A DNA stretch of 64,000 nucleotides from Gemmatimonadaceae bacterium (GTDB lineage: Bacteria; Gemmatimonadota; Gemmatimonadetes; Gemmatimonadales; Gemmatimonadaceae), in the NCBI GenBank assembly GCA_031367535.1, contig JANLPZ010000142.1:8798-72797 (forward strand), in the 5' to 3' direction. The stretch's first letter is position 1; every line of letters starts with the position of its first letter. Shown here piece after piece: positions 20,804 through 30,036 of this stretch. Under the pieces are notes generated by a model. That model was given only the letters and a program-made list of their open reading frames with translations. It was not told the DNA's origin and searched no databases. A program made the position numbers and the translations under genes.

Positions 20804-22410
20804 GTGCAGCGTCATCGAAGCCACGGGCGGGCGATGCAAAGACATCGCCGTCCGGGCTCGAGATCAAGGCAGTGTATCGGGCGGACGACGCAGCAGGCGC
20901 TGAATTCGGCGAACCGGGACAGTTTCCGTACACGCGCGGCATACAACCGTCGATGTATCGCGGCCGACTCTGGACCATGCGGCAGTACGCAGGATTCGGC
21001 ACCGCCGCAGAATCGAACACGCGGTACAAGATGCTGCTCGACGCGGGGCAGACCGGACTCTCGGTCGCGTTCGACCTGCCCACGCAGATGGGCATCGATT
21101 CCGACGCGCCACGCGCACTCGGGGAAGTCGGCCGGGTCGGCGTTGCGATCGACACGGTCGAAGACATGCACACCCTGCTGGATGGCATTCCGCTCGACAA
21201 GGTGTCGACGTCGATGACCATCAACGCGACGGCCAGCACGCTGCTCGCGATGTACATCGTGGTGGCCGAGGAACGTGGCATCAGTCGCACGGCACTCAGC
21301 GGCACGACGCAGAACGACATTCTGAAGGAGTACATCGCACGCGGCACGTACGTCTATCCGCCGGTGCCGTCGTTGGCGCTGGTGGCCGAGACGTTCCGGT
21401 TCTGCGCCACTGAAGTACCGAACTGGAATCCCATCTCGATCAGCGGGTATCACATCCGTGAGGCCGGCGCCACGGCCGTGCAGGAACTCGCGTTCACCTT
21501 CGCGAACACGGTCGAGTATGTGCAGCGTGCGATCGCAGCGGGACTGAAGGTCGATGACTTCGCGCCGCGGTTGTCATTCTTCTTCGCCTGCCACAACGAC
21601 CTGTTCGAGGAAGTCGCGAAGTTCCGCGCCGCGCGGCGGATCTATGCGCACCTGATGCGTGAGCGATTCGGCGCCAGCGACGCGAGTGCCAGATTGCGCT
21701 TCCACACGCAGACCGGTGGCGTGACGCTTACAGCGCAACAGCCGCTCAACAATGTGGTACGGGTCACTGTGCAGGCACTCGCGGCGGCGCTCGGTGGCAC
21801 GCAGTCGCTGCACACGAACGGTTATGACGAAGCGCTCGCATTGCCGACCGCCGAAGCCGCCACACTCGCGCTGCGCACGCAACAGATCGTGGCCTACGAA
21901 AGTGGCGTGGCGCAGACCGTCGATCCGCTGGCCGGCAGTTATTACGTCGAGGCGCTCACCAGTGAACTCGAGACGCGTGCGCTGGCACTGATGGAGCAGG
22001 TCGAGGCACTCGGCGGCAGCGCCGCGGCGATCGAGAAAGGATTCTTTCAGGACGAAATCGCGCGCTCGGCGTACGAATATCAGCTGCGCGTCGAAGCGGG
22101 TGACACGGTTATCGTGGGCGTTAACAAGTTCGGTGACGGTCAGGATCCGCCCGTGATTGCGACACCAAATTTTTCCATTCTCGAACGTGGACAGGTGGAG
22201 CAGCTGTGCGCCGTGCGCGCGGCGCGTGATGGCGCACGGGTTGAAGCCGCGCTCGCGGCACTCGCTTCCGCCGCCGCTGCGTACGCCATGGCGGGCGAGG
22301 TGCGCGAACCGCTGATGCCGATGATCATCGAGGCCGTGCGTGCGCGGGCCAGCGTCGGTGAAATTTCTGATACGTTCGCGAGCGTCTGGGGCGCGTACCG
22401 GCCGGCCTGA
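20800..22410 (+). CDS. Methylmalonyl-CoA mutase family, catalytic (TIM-barrel) subunit without a B12-binding domain
   Basis: [23 protein letters not shown] and TQNDILKEY motifs. At 536 aa it ends before the cobalamin-binding domain. GTGA overlap with fbp. Confidence 0.85.
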   Translation: MSAASSKPRAGDAKTSPSGLEIKAVYRADDAAGAEFGEPGQFPYTRGIQPSMYRGRLWTMRQYAGFGTAAESNTRYKMLLDAGQTGLSVAFDLPTQMGIDSDAPRALGEVGRVGVAIDTVEDMHTLLDGIPLDKVSTSMTINATASTLLAMYIVVAEERGISRTALSGTTQNDILKEYIARGTYVYPPVPSLALVAETFRFCATEVPNWNPISISGYHIREAGATAVQELAFTFANTVEYVQRAIAAGLKVDDFAPRLSFFFACHNDLFEEVAKFRAARRIYAHLMRERFGASDASARLRFHTQTGGVTLTAQQPLNNVVRVTVQALAAALGGTQSLHTNGYDEALALPTAEAATLALRTQQIVAYESGVAQTVDPLAGSYYVEALTSELETRALALMEQVEALGGSAAAIEKGFFQDEIARSAYEYQLRVEAGDTVIVGVNKFGDGQDPPVIATPNFSILERGQVEQLCAVRAARDGARVEAALAALASAAAAYAMAGEVREPLMPMIIEAVRARASVGEISDTFASVWGAYRPA

Positions 22411-22419
22411 CTCGATACG

Positions 22420-22459
22420 GTGTCGTCGGGCGCCGACGGTTCCATGCGCCCGACGACAC
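22420..22459. terminator. Bidirectional terminator-like hairpin between convergent mcm and msrA
   Basis: Perfect 14-bp stem GTGTCGTCGGGCGC / GCGCCCGACGACAC with a 12-nt loop. Confidence 0.55.
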
Positions 22460-22470
22460 ACGCGGTCACA

Positions 22471-23010
22471 CTACCACGCCGGATACAAGTGGCAGCCGTC
22501 AACACCGCGGCGATCGAAATAGTGCTGGTGATATCCTTCGCCCTTCCAGAACGTCGTCGCCGGAAGAATTTCCGTCGCTACCGGCTTTCGCAGCTTGCCG
22601 CTGGCATTGATCGCATCCCGTGTGGCGCGCGCGATCTCGGCCTGCTCGTCGTCGTACGTGAACACGGCGCTGCGATACTGGCGTCCGACGTCGGGACCTT
22701 GGCGGTCGACCTGCGTCGGGTCGTGCAGGTGCCAGAACACGTCGATCAGTGCCGCATACGAGGTCTTCGACGGATCCCAGGTGACCTGGACCACCTCGGC
22801 GTGCTCCGTGGTATCCGTGCAGACCTGTTCGTAGGTGGGGCGGTCGACGCGGCCGCCCATGTAGCCGACCGCAGTGCCGATGACGCCGGGCTGGCGGGAA
22901 AGGATCTGCTCGACACCCCAGAAGCAGCCGGCGCCGAACGTGGCGAGGCGGGTTTCGGTGGCAGCGGCCGTCGCTTCGGCGTCGTGTCTGGTGTTCAATG
23001 GAGCGGACAT
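22471..23010 (-). CDS. msrA: Peptide methionine (S)-sulfoxide reductase MsrA
   Basis: Active-site motif GAGCFWGVE and typical length. Confidence 0.9.
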   Translation of the reverse strand: MSAPLNTRHDAEATAAATETRLATFGAGCFWGVEQILSRQPGVIGTAVGYMGGRVDRPTYEQVCTDTTEHAEVVQVTWDPSKTSYAALIDVFWHLHDPTQVDRQGPDVGRQYRSAVFTYDDEQAEIARATRDAINASGKLRKPVATEILPATTFWKGEGYHQHYFDRRGVDGCHLYPAW

Positions 23011-23231
23011 GTCTCGGGACAGGCTAGTGGTTCGTGGTTCGCCGGCTGAGGCGGCACCAATGGTGATCCGACCGGATCACCCCGCGCGCGGAACGACAAT
23101 AATTCCCGCGCCTCTCTTCTATGTACCCGCGGGGGTTCCGGATCGTGCGCAGACGCATGCCGTACACCGTTGAATGCCCGGGGCGGCCCGGCTAACTTGC
23201 ACGGCTGTCGTCTCTTCCAAGTGTCGGAATC

Positions 23232-23606
23232 ATGCCAACTTACGAGTTCCGTCTGCCAGACGGCACGATCATCGAGAAGATCTTCAAGATCTCCGAGGTC
23301 CCTGATGAAATTCCCAATCCGAAGGGTGAGGGAGCAGCCGTGCGCATCATTTCTGGCGGTGCCGCGCTCGTGTTCAAGGGCTCGGGATTCTATCTGACGG
23401 ATTACGGTCGCAACGCCCACCGCACGCAGGGCGACGCACCGAAGCCCTCGGAATCGGCGACGACCGCCTCGGACACCTCCGCATCCAAGAGCAAGTCGGA
23501 GTCAGCGGGATCGTCGTCCTCGGAGTCCAAGCCGGCGGCGGCTCCCGCGCCTGCGCCGAAGAGTGACTCCAAGCCGTCCTCCGGCAGCGGCCCGGCCACG
23601 CCGTGA
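23232..23606 (+). CDS. FmdB-family-like protein lacking the zinc-ribbon cysteines, with a Ser/Ala/Pro-rich tail
   Basis: N-terminal MPTYEF and central VFKGSGFYLTDYGR match the FmdB (CxxC_CxxC_SSSS) pattern. The CxxC positions read RLPDG and IPNPKGEG instead. Confidence 0.6.
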   Translation: MPTYEFRLPDGTIIEKIFKISEVPDEIPNPKGEGAAVRIISGGAALVFKGSGFYLTDYGRNAHRTQGDAPKPSESATTASDTSASKSKSESAGSSSSESKPAAAPAPAPKSDSKPSSGSGPATP

Positions 23607-25255
23607 GCTCGCCGGACACGCTGCGGACCGAAATCGGTCGTGCGGCGCAGACGCTTGGCGCCGCGGCAGACTTCACGGCGCTCGTCGAGCGGCCACGCGA
23701 TCCGACGTTCGGCGAGTGGTCGACGAACGCGGCCATGATGCTCGCCAAGCCGCTCAAGCAGTCGCCGCGGGATGTCGCGACGAAACTGATCGCTGCGATG
23801 CGGCTCGATGCGGTCGGCATCAGCGCGGCCGAAATCGCCGGTCCGGGTTTCATCAACTTCCGGGTCGACACCGGCGCACTGACGCGTGTGCTGCCCGAGA
23901 TCATCCGTCGCGGCGCGAGTTACGGCCGGTGTGATATCGGTGCCCAGCAGCCGGTCGTGGTGGAGTTCGTGTCCGCCAATCCGACCGGCCCGCTGCATGT
24001 CGGTCACGGCCGTCAGGCTGCGCTCGGCGACGCCATCAGCACGCTGCTGGGCTGGACCGGCTGGAAGGTGAGTCGTGAGTTCTACTACAACGACGGTGGC
24101 GGCCAGATCAACAACCTGCAGAGGAGCGTGCAGGTACGTGCGCAACAGCAGGCGGGCCAGGACGTCGTGTTTCCTGAGAACGGCTACCACGGCGACTACA
24201 TCGGCGAGATCGCGACGGAGTATCGCGCGCAGCACCCCGCCGATACGACGCTCTCTGCGGCTGACGACATCCGTCGCTTTGCCGTCGCCGCGTTGCGTGC
24301 GGAGCAGGATCTCGACCTGAAGGCATTCGGCGTCGTGTTCGACACCTACTTCCTCGAGAGTTCGCTCTACACCGACGGCAACGTCGACAAGACTGTCACG
24401 GCGTTGATCGCGAGCGGATTCACCTACGAGAAAGATGGCGCGCTCTGGTTGCGCACGACCGACTTCGGTGACGATCAGGATCGCGTGATGAAGCGTTCCG
24501 CCGAGAAGGGCGGGGAGTACACGTACTTCGTGCCGGATGTAGCGTACCACGTGACGAAATGGGAGCGTGGCTTCGCACGCGCGATCAACGTGCAAGGCAG
24601 CGACCACCACTCGACTGTCACCCGTGTGCGCGCCGGGCTTCAGGCACTTGGCATCGGTATTCCGGTGGGGTACCCGGACTATGTCCTGCACCAGCTGGTG
24701 ACGGTGATGCGTGCCGGCGAGGAAGTGAAAATCTCCAAGCGCGCCGGCAGCTACGTGACCGTCCGGGATCTGGTGGAGGAAGTCGGACGCGATGCGGTGC
24801 GCTTCTTCTTCGTGATGCGGAAGGGCGATTCGCAACTCGTCTTCGACATCGATCTGGCGCGTGCGCAGTCCGAGGAAAATCCGGTCTACTACATCCAGAT
24901 GGCGCATGCGCGGCTGTGCGGCATCTTCCGTGTCGGTGGCATCGACATGGCCGCGATCGATGGTGCCGCGACGGATCTATCCGTGCTCGTCGAACCCGAG
25001 GAGCGCGAACTGATCAAGGCGCTGGCCGATTTCCCGTCAATGCTCGCTGGTGCCGCGACGGCGCTCGAACCGCACCGCGTCGCGAACTGGCTCGAACGGA
25101 CCGCGGGTCTCGTGCACACCTGGTATCACAAGCATCACGTGCTCAACGAACCTGAGCCGATCATGCAGGCGCGCCTTGTACTGGCGAATGCCGCACGACT
25201 CGTGCTTGCGAATGCGTTGTCGGTGCTCGGGCTGTCCGCACCGGAACGCATGTAG
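23603..25255 (+). CDS. argS: Arginine--tRNA ligase
   Basis: Class I HIGH-type SANPTGPLHVGH, KMSKS-like KISKRAGS and a DALR anticodon-binding C-terminus ending in M. Confidence 0.9.
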   Translation: MSSPDTLRTEIGRAAQTLGAAADFTALVERPRDPTFGEWSTNAAMMLAKPLKQSPRDVATKLIAAMRLDAVGISAAEIAGPGFINFRVDTGALTRVLPEIIRRGASYGRCDIGAQQPVVVEFVSANPTGPLHVGHGRQAALGDAISTLLGWTGWKVSREFYYNDGGGQINNLQRSVQVRAQQQAGQDVVFPENGYHGDYIGEIATEYRAQHPADTTLSAADDIRRFAVAALRAEQDLDLKAFGVVFDTYFLESSLYTDGNVDKTVTALIASGFTYEKDGALWLRTTDFGDDQDRVMKRSAEKGGEYTYFVPDVAYHVTKWERGFARAINVQGSDHHSTVTRVRAGLQALGIGIPVGYPDYVLHQLVTVMRAGEEVKISKRAGSYVTVRDLVEEVGRDAVRFFFVMRKGDSQLVFDIDLARAQSEENPVYYIQMAHARLCGIFRVGGIDMAAIDGAATDLSVLVEPEERELIKALADFPSMLAGAATALEPHRVANWLERTAGLVHTWYHKHHVLNEPEPIMQARLVLANAARLVLANALSVLGLSAPERM

Positions 25256-25298
25256 CCTCACGCGCGCGACCCTCTCTCCCTCCTGCAACTTCCCAGCA

Positions 25299-26216
25299 AT
25301 GTCCGTCCTCGTCGTCGGTTCCGTCGCGCTCGATTCTGTGGAGACTCCATTCGGCAAGGCCGAGGAAGTCCTGGGCGGTTCGGCCAACATGTTCGCGTCG
25401 GCGGCGTGTCACTTCGCGCCGGTCCGCATGGTTGGTGTGATCGGCACTGACTATCCGATGGAGAAGCTGGAGCCGCTCAAGGCGCACGGCGTCGACATGA
25501 GTGGCGTCGAGGTCGCGGAAGGCGAGAGTTTCCGCTGGCGCGCGCGCTATCGGCACGATCTCAATTCGGCGGAAACGCTCGAGACGCGCCTCGGGGTGTT
25601 CTCGCATTTCCGGCCGAAGATTCCTGCGGCGTTCGTCGATTCTCCGTTCGTGTTCCTTGGCAACATCGATCCGCGACTGCAGCTCGATGTGCTCAATCAG
25701 GTCAAGCGCCCGCGCCTCGTTGCGTGCGACACGATGAACTTCTGGATCGAGAGTCGGCGTCCCGACCTGCTCGAACTGCTCAAGCACGTCGACCTGATCA
25801 CGATCAACGATGCGGAAGCGCGCCAGCTGACCGAGGAATCGAATCTGGTCAAGGCGGCGCGATGGATCATGGCGCGTGGACCGAAACACGTCGTGATCAA
25901 GAAGGGTGAACATGGCGCGTTCCTGTTTTCCGGTGGCACGGTGTTCTTCGCACCGGCGTATCCGCTCGAGTCAGTGTTCGATCCGACCGGCGCCGGCGAT
26001 TCGTTCGCAGGCGGCTTCATCGGCTATCTCGCCGCCACCGGCGATCTGAGCGAGGAGAACATGCGGAAAGCGGTCGTGTATGGCTCAGCGCTCGGTTCGT
26101 TCGCGGTCGAGAAATTTTCCAACGAACGCACGATCGAGCTGACGCGTGCGGAGATCGAATCGCGTGTGCGTGAATTCCACCGTCTGGTCGCGTTCGAGGC
26201 GCCGCTTCCGGCGTGA
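25299..26216 (+). CDS. PfkB-family carbohydrate/nucleoside kinase
   Basis: N-terminal GSVALD and C-terminal DPTGAGDSFAGGF signatures. Start trimmed to ATG 25299, downstream of the argS stop. Confidence 0.75.
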   Translation: MSVLVVGSVALDSVETPFGKAEEVLGGSANMFASAACHFAPVRMVGVIGTDYPMEKLEPLKAHGVDMSGVEVAEGESFRWRARYRHDLNSAETLETRLGVFSHFRPKIPAAFVDSPFVFLGNIDPRLQLDVLNQVKRPRLVACDTMNFWIESRRPDLLELLKHVDLITINDAEARQLTEESNLVKAARWIMARGPKHVVIKKGEHGAFLFSGGTVFFAPAYPLESVFDPTGAGDSFAGGFIGYLAATGDLSEENMRKAVVYGSALGSFAVEKFSNERTIELTRAEIESRVREFHRLVAFEAPLPA

Positions 26217-27253
26217 GCGCACCACTTGACTATCGCAGCGCCGGCGTCGATCTCGAGAAGGCCGACGACGCCAAGGGGCGCATCAAGGCGCTCGTCGAAT
26301 CGACGCTGACCGCCGGTGCGCGCGGGAGCTTCGGCGGCTTCGGCGGCATGTTCCGCATTCCATCGGGATATCGTGCGCCCGTGCTCGTGTCCAGCGCGGA
26401 CGGCGTCGGCACGAAGTTGAAGGTCGCCATCGAGGCCGGCGTGCACGATACCGTCGGTCGCGATCTGGTGAATCACTGCGTGAACGACATCCTCGTCCTG
26501 GGTGCGATTCCGCTCTACTTCCTCGACTACATCGCATTCGGCAAGCTCGTGCCCGAGGTCGCGGAAGGCATCGTTGCTGGCGTCGCATTCGGTTGTCGCG
26601 AGAACGCGTGCGCGTTGCTTGGCGGTGAGACTGCGGAAATGCCCGGGGTCTACACGCCGCCCGACTATGATCTGGCCGGCTTCATCACCGGGATCATGGA
26701 AGAGGATGCGGTGCTTGGGGCGGGCCGCATGCGCAATGGCGACGTCCTGATCGGGCTCGCCAGCGCGGGACTGCACACGAACGGCTACTCGCTGGCGCGG
26801 AAGATCGTCGCCGAGTCGATGGCGCTTGGTGCGCACGATCCGTTTCCCGGCGAGAATGGCGAGACGGTTGCGCAGGTGCTGCTGCGGCCGCACGTGACCT
26901 ACCTGCCCGCGCTGCGCCCGGTACTCGGACGCGTGCACGGCATGGCGCACATCACCGGCGGTGGCCTGCCGGGCAACGTGAACCGGATGCTGCCGCCGGA
27001 TCTGGACGCGGCGATCGATCTCAAGTCGTGGACGATTCCGAACGTCTACGTGCAGCTGCAGGCGGCTGCGCAGGTCGGGGTGCGGGAAATGTTTCGGGCG
27101 TTCAACATGGGCGTCGGTATGGTGATCGCCTGCGCCCCGGAGGACGTCACCGAGGTTCAGGCCGCCGCGGCGGCGTCCGACACTCCGTCGTGGATACTTG
27201 GTGCCATCGTTCCCGGATCGGGAGCGGTGCAACTCCTCTCACACGACCAGTGA
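26213..27253 (+). CDS. purM: Phosphoribosylformylglycinamidine cyclo-ligase (AIR synthetase)
   Basis: SSADGVGTKL and GGETAEMPG motifs. GTGA overlap with the kinase gene. Confidence 0.9.
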   Translation: MSAPLDYRSAGVDLEKADDAKGRIKALVESTLTAGARGSFGGFGGMFRIPSGYRAPVLVSSADGVGTKLKVAIEAGVHDTVGRDLVNHCVNDILVLGAIPLYFLDYIAFGKLVPEVAEGIVAGVAFGCRENACALLGGETAEMPGVYTPPDYDLAGFITGIMEEDAVLGAGRMRNGDVLIGLASAGLHTNGYSLARKIVAESMALGAHDPFPGENGETVAQVLLRPHVTYLPALRPVLGRVHGMAHITGGGLPGNVNRMLPPDLDAAIDLKSWTIPNVYVQLQAAAQVGVREMFRAFNMGVGMVIACAPEDVTEVQAAAAASDTPSWILGAIVPGSGAVQLLSHDQ

Positions 27254-27255
27254 CT

Positions 27256-28251
27256 ATGACCGTTCGTTCCTTCATCGCTATCGCGCTCTGCGCGAGCGCT
27301 GCTGCTCTTCCGCTCGCGGGACAGTCCTCACAGTGCACCGCGCAGGCGACTGCGCTGCGCGATGCCTGTCAAAAAGGAACGGATATTTTCACGATGCTCG
27401 CACCGCAGGTGAACGGCGCCTTGACCGGGGGTGGCCCGGTTCTCGGCTCGTCGCGTGCGGTGCGTGGCCTGTCGATCGGCATCCGCGTCAACGCGGTTGA
27501 CGGTCGTGTCCCGGACCTCGCCAACGTGCGACTGTCCACCACCGGTATCGTGCGCAGCACGCTGCCGACGAAGAAGGTGCCCGTGCCGGCACCGACGCTC
27601 GATGTCGCGCTCGGACTCTTCCCCGGCGTGAATGTCGGCGTGCAGCGCCTGTTCTCGATCGAAGCACTTGTGAACGTCGCCTACATCCCCAACAAGGATA
27701 TCGAGGACTTCAGCGTCAAGACGACGAATGGCTCCCTCAAGCTCGGCTACGGTGCGCGCGTTGGTTTGCTCGCCGATCGCATGCTGATGCCTGCAGTCGC
27801 GGTCAGTTACTTCCGGCGCTCGCTGCCGACGGCGGCGTTCAGCACCAGCTTCACGTCGAATGTCTCCGGCGTCACCACGCAGGACAGCATCTCGCTCACG
27901 CAGCTCAGCATTCGCAACGACGCGCTGCGACTCTCCGCATCGAAGAAGCTTGGATTCATCGAGATCGGTGGCGGTGTTGGCCAGGATCGCTATCGCACGT
28001 TCACCTCGCTCACCGCCAGTGTGTCGCCGTCGATCGGCGCCCCACAGAAGGGCACGGTCGCGCTGACGCAGGAGCTCAAGCGCAACGCCGCCTACGGGTC
28101 GTTCGCGATCAACTTCTTCAAGCTGCGTCTTGGCGCTGAAGCGGGCAGCACCTTCGGCGGTGACAGCATCGCGACCTACAACACGTTCACCGACGGCAAG
28201 TTGAACGAGCAGCGCCTGTTCGGCTCCGTCGGGCTGCGCCTGAGCTTCTGA
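27256..28251 (+). CDS. Hypothetical outer-membrane beta-barrel protein
   Basis: Signal peptide (ALCASAAALPLAGQ). Alternating-hydrophobic strands. C-terminal beta-signal GLRLSF. Starts 2 nt after the purM stop. Confidence 0.55.
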   Translation: MTVRSFIAIALCASAAALPLAGQSSQCTAQATALRDACQKGTDIFTMLAPQVNGALTGGGPVLGSSRAVRGLSIGIRVNAVDGRVPDLANVRLSTTGIVRSTLPTKKVPVPAPTLDVALGLFPGVNVGVQRLFSIEALVNVAYIPNKDIEDFSVKTTNGSLKLGYGARVGLLADRMLMPAVAVSYFRRSLPTAAFSTSFTSNVSGVTTQDSISLTQLSIRNDALRLSASKKLGFIEIGGGVGQDRYRTFTSLTASVSPSIGAPQKGTVALTQELKRNAAYGSFAINFFKLRLGAEAGSTFGGDSIATYNTFTDGKLNEQRLFGSVGLRLSF

Positions 28252-28272
28252 TCGCATGAGGACGGCGCCGCG

Positions 28273-29373
28273 GTGAGCGACCGCACCACCGACCGTCGCT
28301 TCATCCGGCGCGCGCTGGCCTTGGCGCTCCGTGGCCGTGGCACGACGGCGCCGAACCCGATGGTCGGCGCCGTCGTCGTTCTGGGTGGTCGCGTGGTCGG
28401 CGAGGGGTTCACGCAGCCGTTCGGCGGTGCGCACGCGGAAGTCGTGGCGCTTCGTGCTGCGGGCGATGCGAGTCGGAATGCGACCGTCTACGTGACGCTC
28501 GAACCGTGCGCGAGCCATGGCAAGACGCCGCCCTGTGTGGACGCACTGATCGCAGCCGGCGTGTCGCGTGTGGTCTTCGCCGCGAGCGACCCGAACCCGG
28601 CGATGCGTGGTGGCGCCGATCGCCTGCGGGCTGCCGGCATCGACGTGCTGGCTGGTGTCGAAGGACAAGCGGCCCGCGATCAAAACCCAGCGTTTTTTCA
28701 TCGCTTCGGCAGTGACCGGCCCTTCGTCACTCTCAAGCTCGCGAGGTCGATCGATGGCGCCATTGCGGATGCGCGGCGCGTCGGTGGCTGGCTCACCGGA
28801 CCGGCGGCACGCCGGGTCGTGCATCTGCAGCGCGCGGATCACGACGCGGTCGCGGTGGGCGTGGGCACGGTGATCGCCGACGATCCCCAACTGACTGTGC
28901 GTGGCGTGCCGATGCCACGGGTGGCGCCGACGCGAGTGGTGTTCGACCGGAGCGCCCGCATTCCGCTCGACAGTGCGCTGGTGCGCACAGCACGCGAGAC
29001 ACCAGTGATCGTCGTGGCGGCGGAGCCTGACGCGGCACGACGGGATGCGCTGGAAGCGGCCGGGGTACGGGTGCTGGAGGCCGTCGGACTCACCGCGCAG
29101 CTCCAGGCGCTCAAGGACGCGGGTGTACTCTCGGTCTACTGCGAGGGTGGGGCGACCCTTGCAGACGCCCTCCTCGCCGAAGGATTGGTGGACTGGCTGG
29201 TTATCTTCACCGCTCCGGTTCGATTGGGCGCAGATGCCGTGCGCCCGCTCCTCACCGGTCCTCCCGTGCTCGTCGAGCAGGCCACGCGACATCGTCTGAT
29301 TGCACATCGCCGGTTGGGAGACGATCTCATGGCCATCTACGACCTTACGCACAGTGTTCACCGGACTCGTTGA
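28273..29373 (+). CDS. ribD: Bifunctional riboflavin biosynthesis deaminase/reductase RibD
   Basis: Deaminase zinc motifs HAEVVAL and PCASHGKTPPC. C-terminal RibD_C reductase domain. Confidence 0.9.
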   Translation: MSDRTTDRRFIRRALALALRGRGTTAPNPMVGAVVVLGGRVVGEGFTQPFGGAHAEVVALRAAGDASRNATVYVTLEPCASHGKTPPCVDALIAAGVSRVVFAASDPNPAMRGGADRLRAAGIDVLAGVEGQAARDQNPAFFHRFGSDRPFVTLKLARSIDGAIADARRVGGWLTGPAARRVVHLQRADHDAVAVGVGTVIADDPQLTVRGVPMPRVAPTRVVFDRSARIPLDSALVRTARETPVIVVAAEPDAARRDALEAAGVRVLEAVGLTAQLQALKDAGVLSVYCEGGATLADALLAEGLVDWLVIFTAPVRLGADAVRPLLTGPPVLVEQATRHRLIAHRRLGDDLMAIYDLTHSVHRTR

Positions 29374-30028
29374 CGACATCGGCGTCATCGAGCAGGTCAG
29401 TGTGACAGATGCCGGACGCGAGTTCCGCGTGCGCTGTCGCTACACCGATCTGCTGGATGGCGAGAGTATCGCGCTTGATGGCGCGTGCCTGACCGTGCGC
29501 GAGAAAGGCGACGGCTGGTTCACGGTGGCCGCGGTCGTGACCACGCTCGAGCGCACGGGCATCGGCGCCTGGCAGGCCGGACGCCGCCTGAATCTGGAGC
29601 GCGCCATGCGCCCGATCGATCGACTCGGCGGCCACATCGTGCAGGGACACGTCGATGGTGTCGGGACGATTCGCGCGATGCGCAAACTCGACGACGCGTG
29701 GATCATCGAAGTGCGCGTGCCCGATGACGTCGCGGCACTCCTCGTGCCGCACGGCTCGGTCTGTGTCGACGGCATCAGCCTGACGGTCAATGACCTGCCC
29801 GAACCCGGTGTGCTCGGGTTGTCGATCATCGAGTACACGTGGCTGCACACCACACTGTCGGATCGTGCGCGTGGCGATCACGTGCATCTCGAATCCGATG
29901 TGATCGGCAAGTTTGTGCGACACCTCGTGCAGCCGTACTTCAAGACGCAGGCGACCGCACCGGGCGCCGCGATTTCACCACAAGTTCTCGGAACCGCGCT
30001 CGGCGTGTTCCGCAGCCTCGGCCAGTAG
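29354..30028 (+). CDS. ribE: Riboflavin synthase alpha chain
   Basis: N-terminal (V)FTGLVDDIG. Duplicated lumazine-binding repeats (SIALDGACLTV / SVCVDGISLTV). GTG start 20 nt inside the ribD end. Confidence 0.85.
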   Translation: MFTGLVDDIGVIEQVSVTDAGREFRVRCRYTDLLDGESIALDGACLTVREKGDGWFTVAAVVTTLERTGIGAWQAGRRLNLERAMRPIDRLGGHIVQGHVDGVGTIRAMRKLDDAWIIEVRVPDDVAALLVPHGSVCVDGISLTVNDLPEPGVLGLSIIEYTWLHTTLSDRARGDHVHLESDVIGKFVRHLVQPYFKTQATAPGAAISPQVLGTALGVFRSLGQ

Positions 30029-30036
30029 AGTTCATC

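Noticed and set aside
23062-23081. Palindrome GGTGATCC-GACC-GGATCACC in the msrA / FmdB-like divergent spacer as a possible operator
   Set aside because: A single 8-bp inverted repeat in GC-rich DNA has little statistical weight without conservation data. It is noted but not called as a feature.
25050-25298. N-terminal extensions implied by the ORF-track starts: 25050, 27028, 29300, 29839, 31392, 33094, 35683, 36869, 37132, 40276, 40808, 45895, 51391, 56563, 58884 and 62353
   Set aside because: These extensions overlap the preceding gene or tRNA in another frame, or run into spacer sequence, and they encode Arg/Pro-rich junk. Internal ATG/GTG codons give canonical family N-termini, often with a stop/start overlap or an RBS.
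28252-28272. Expected FMN (RFN) riboswitch upstream of ribD
   Set aside because: The spacer is only 21 nt, and the next upstream junctions are 2 nt or overlapping. There is physically no room for a roughly 140-nt RFN element.
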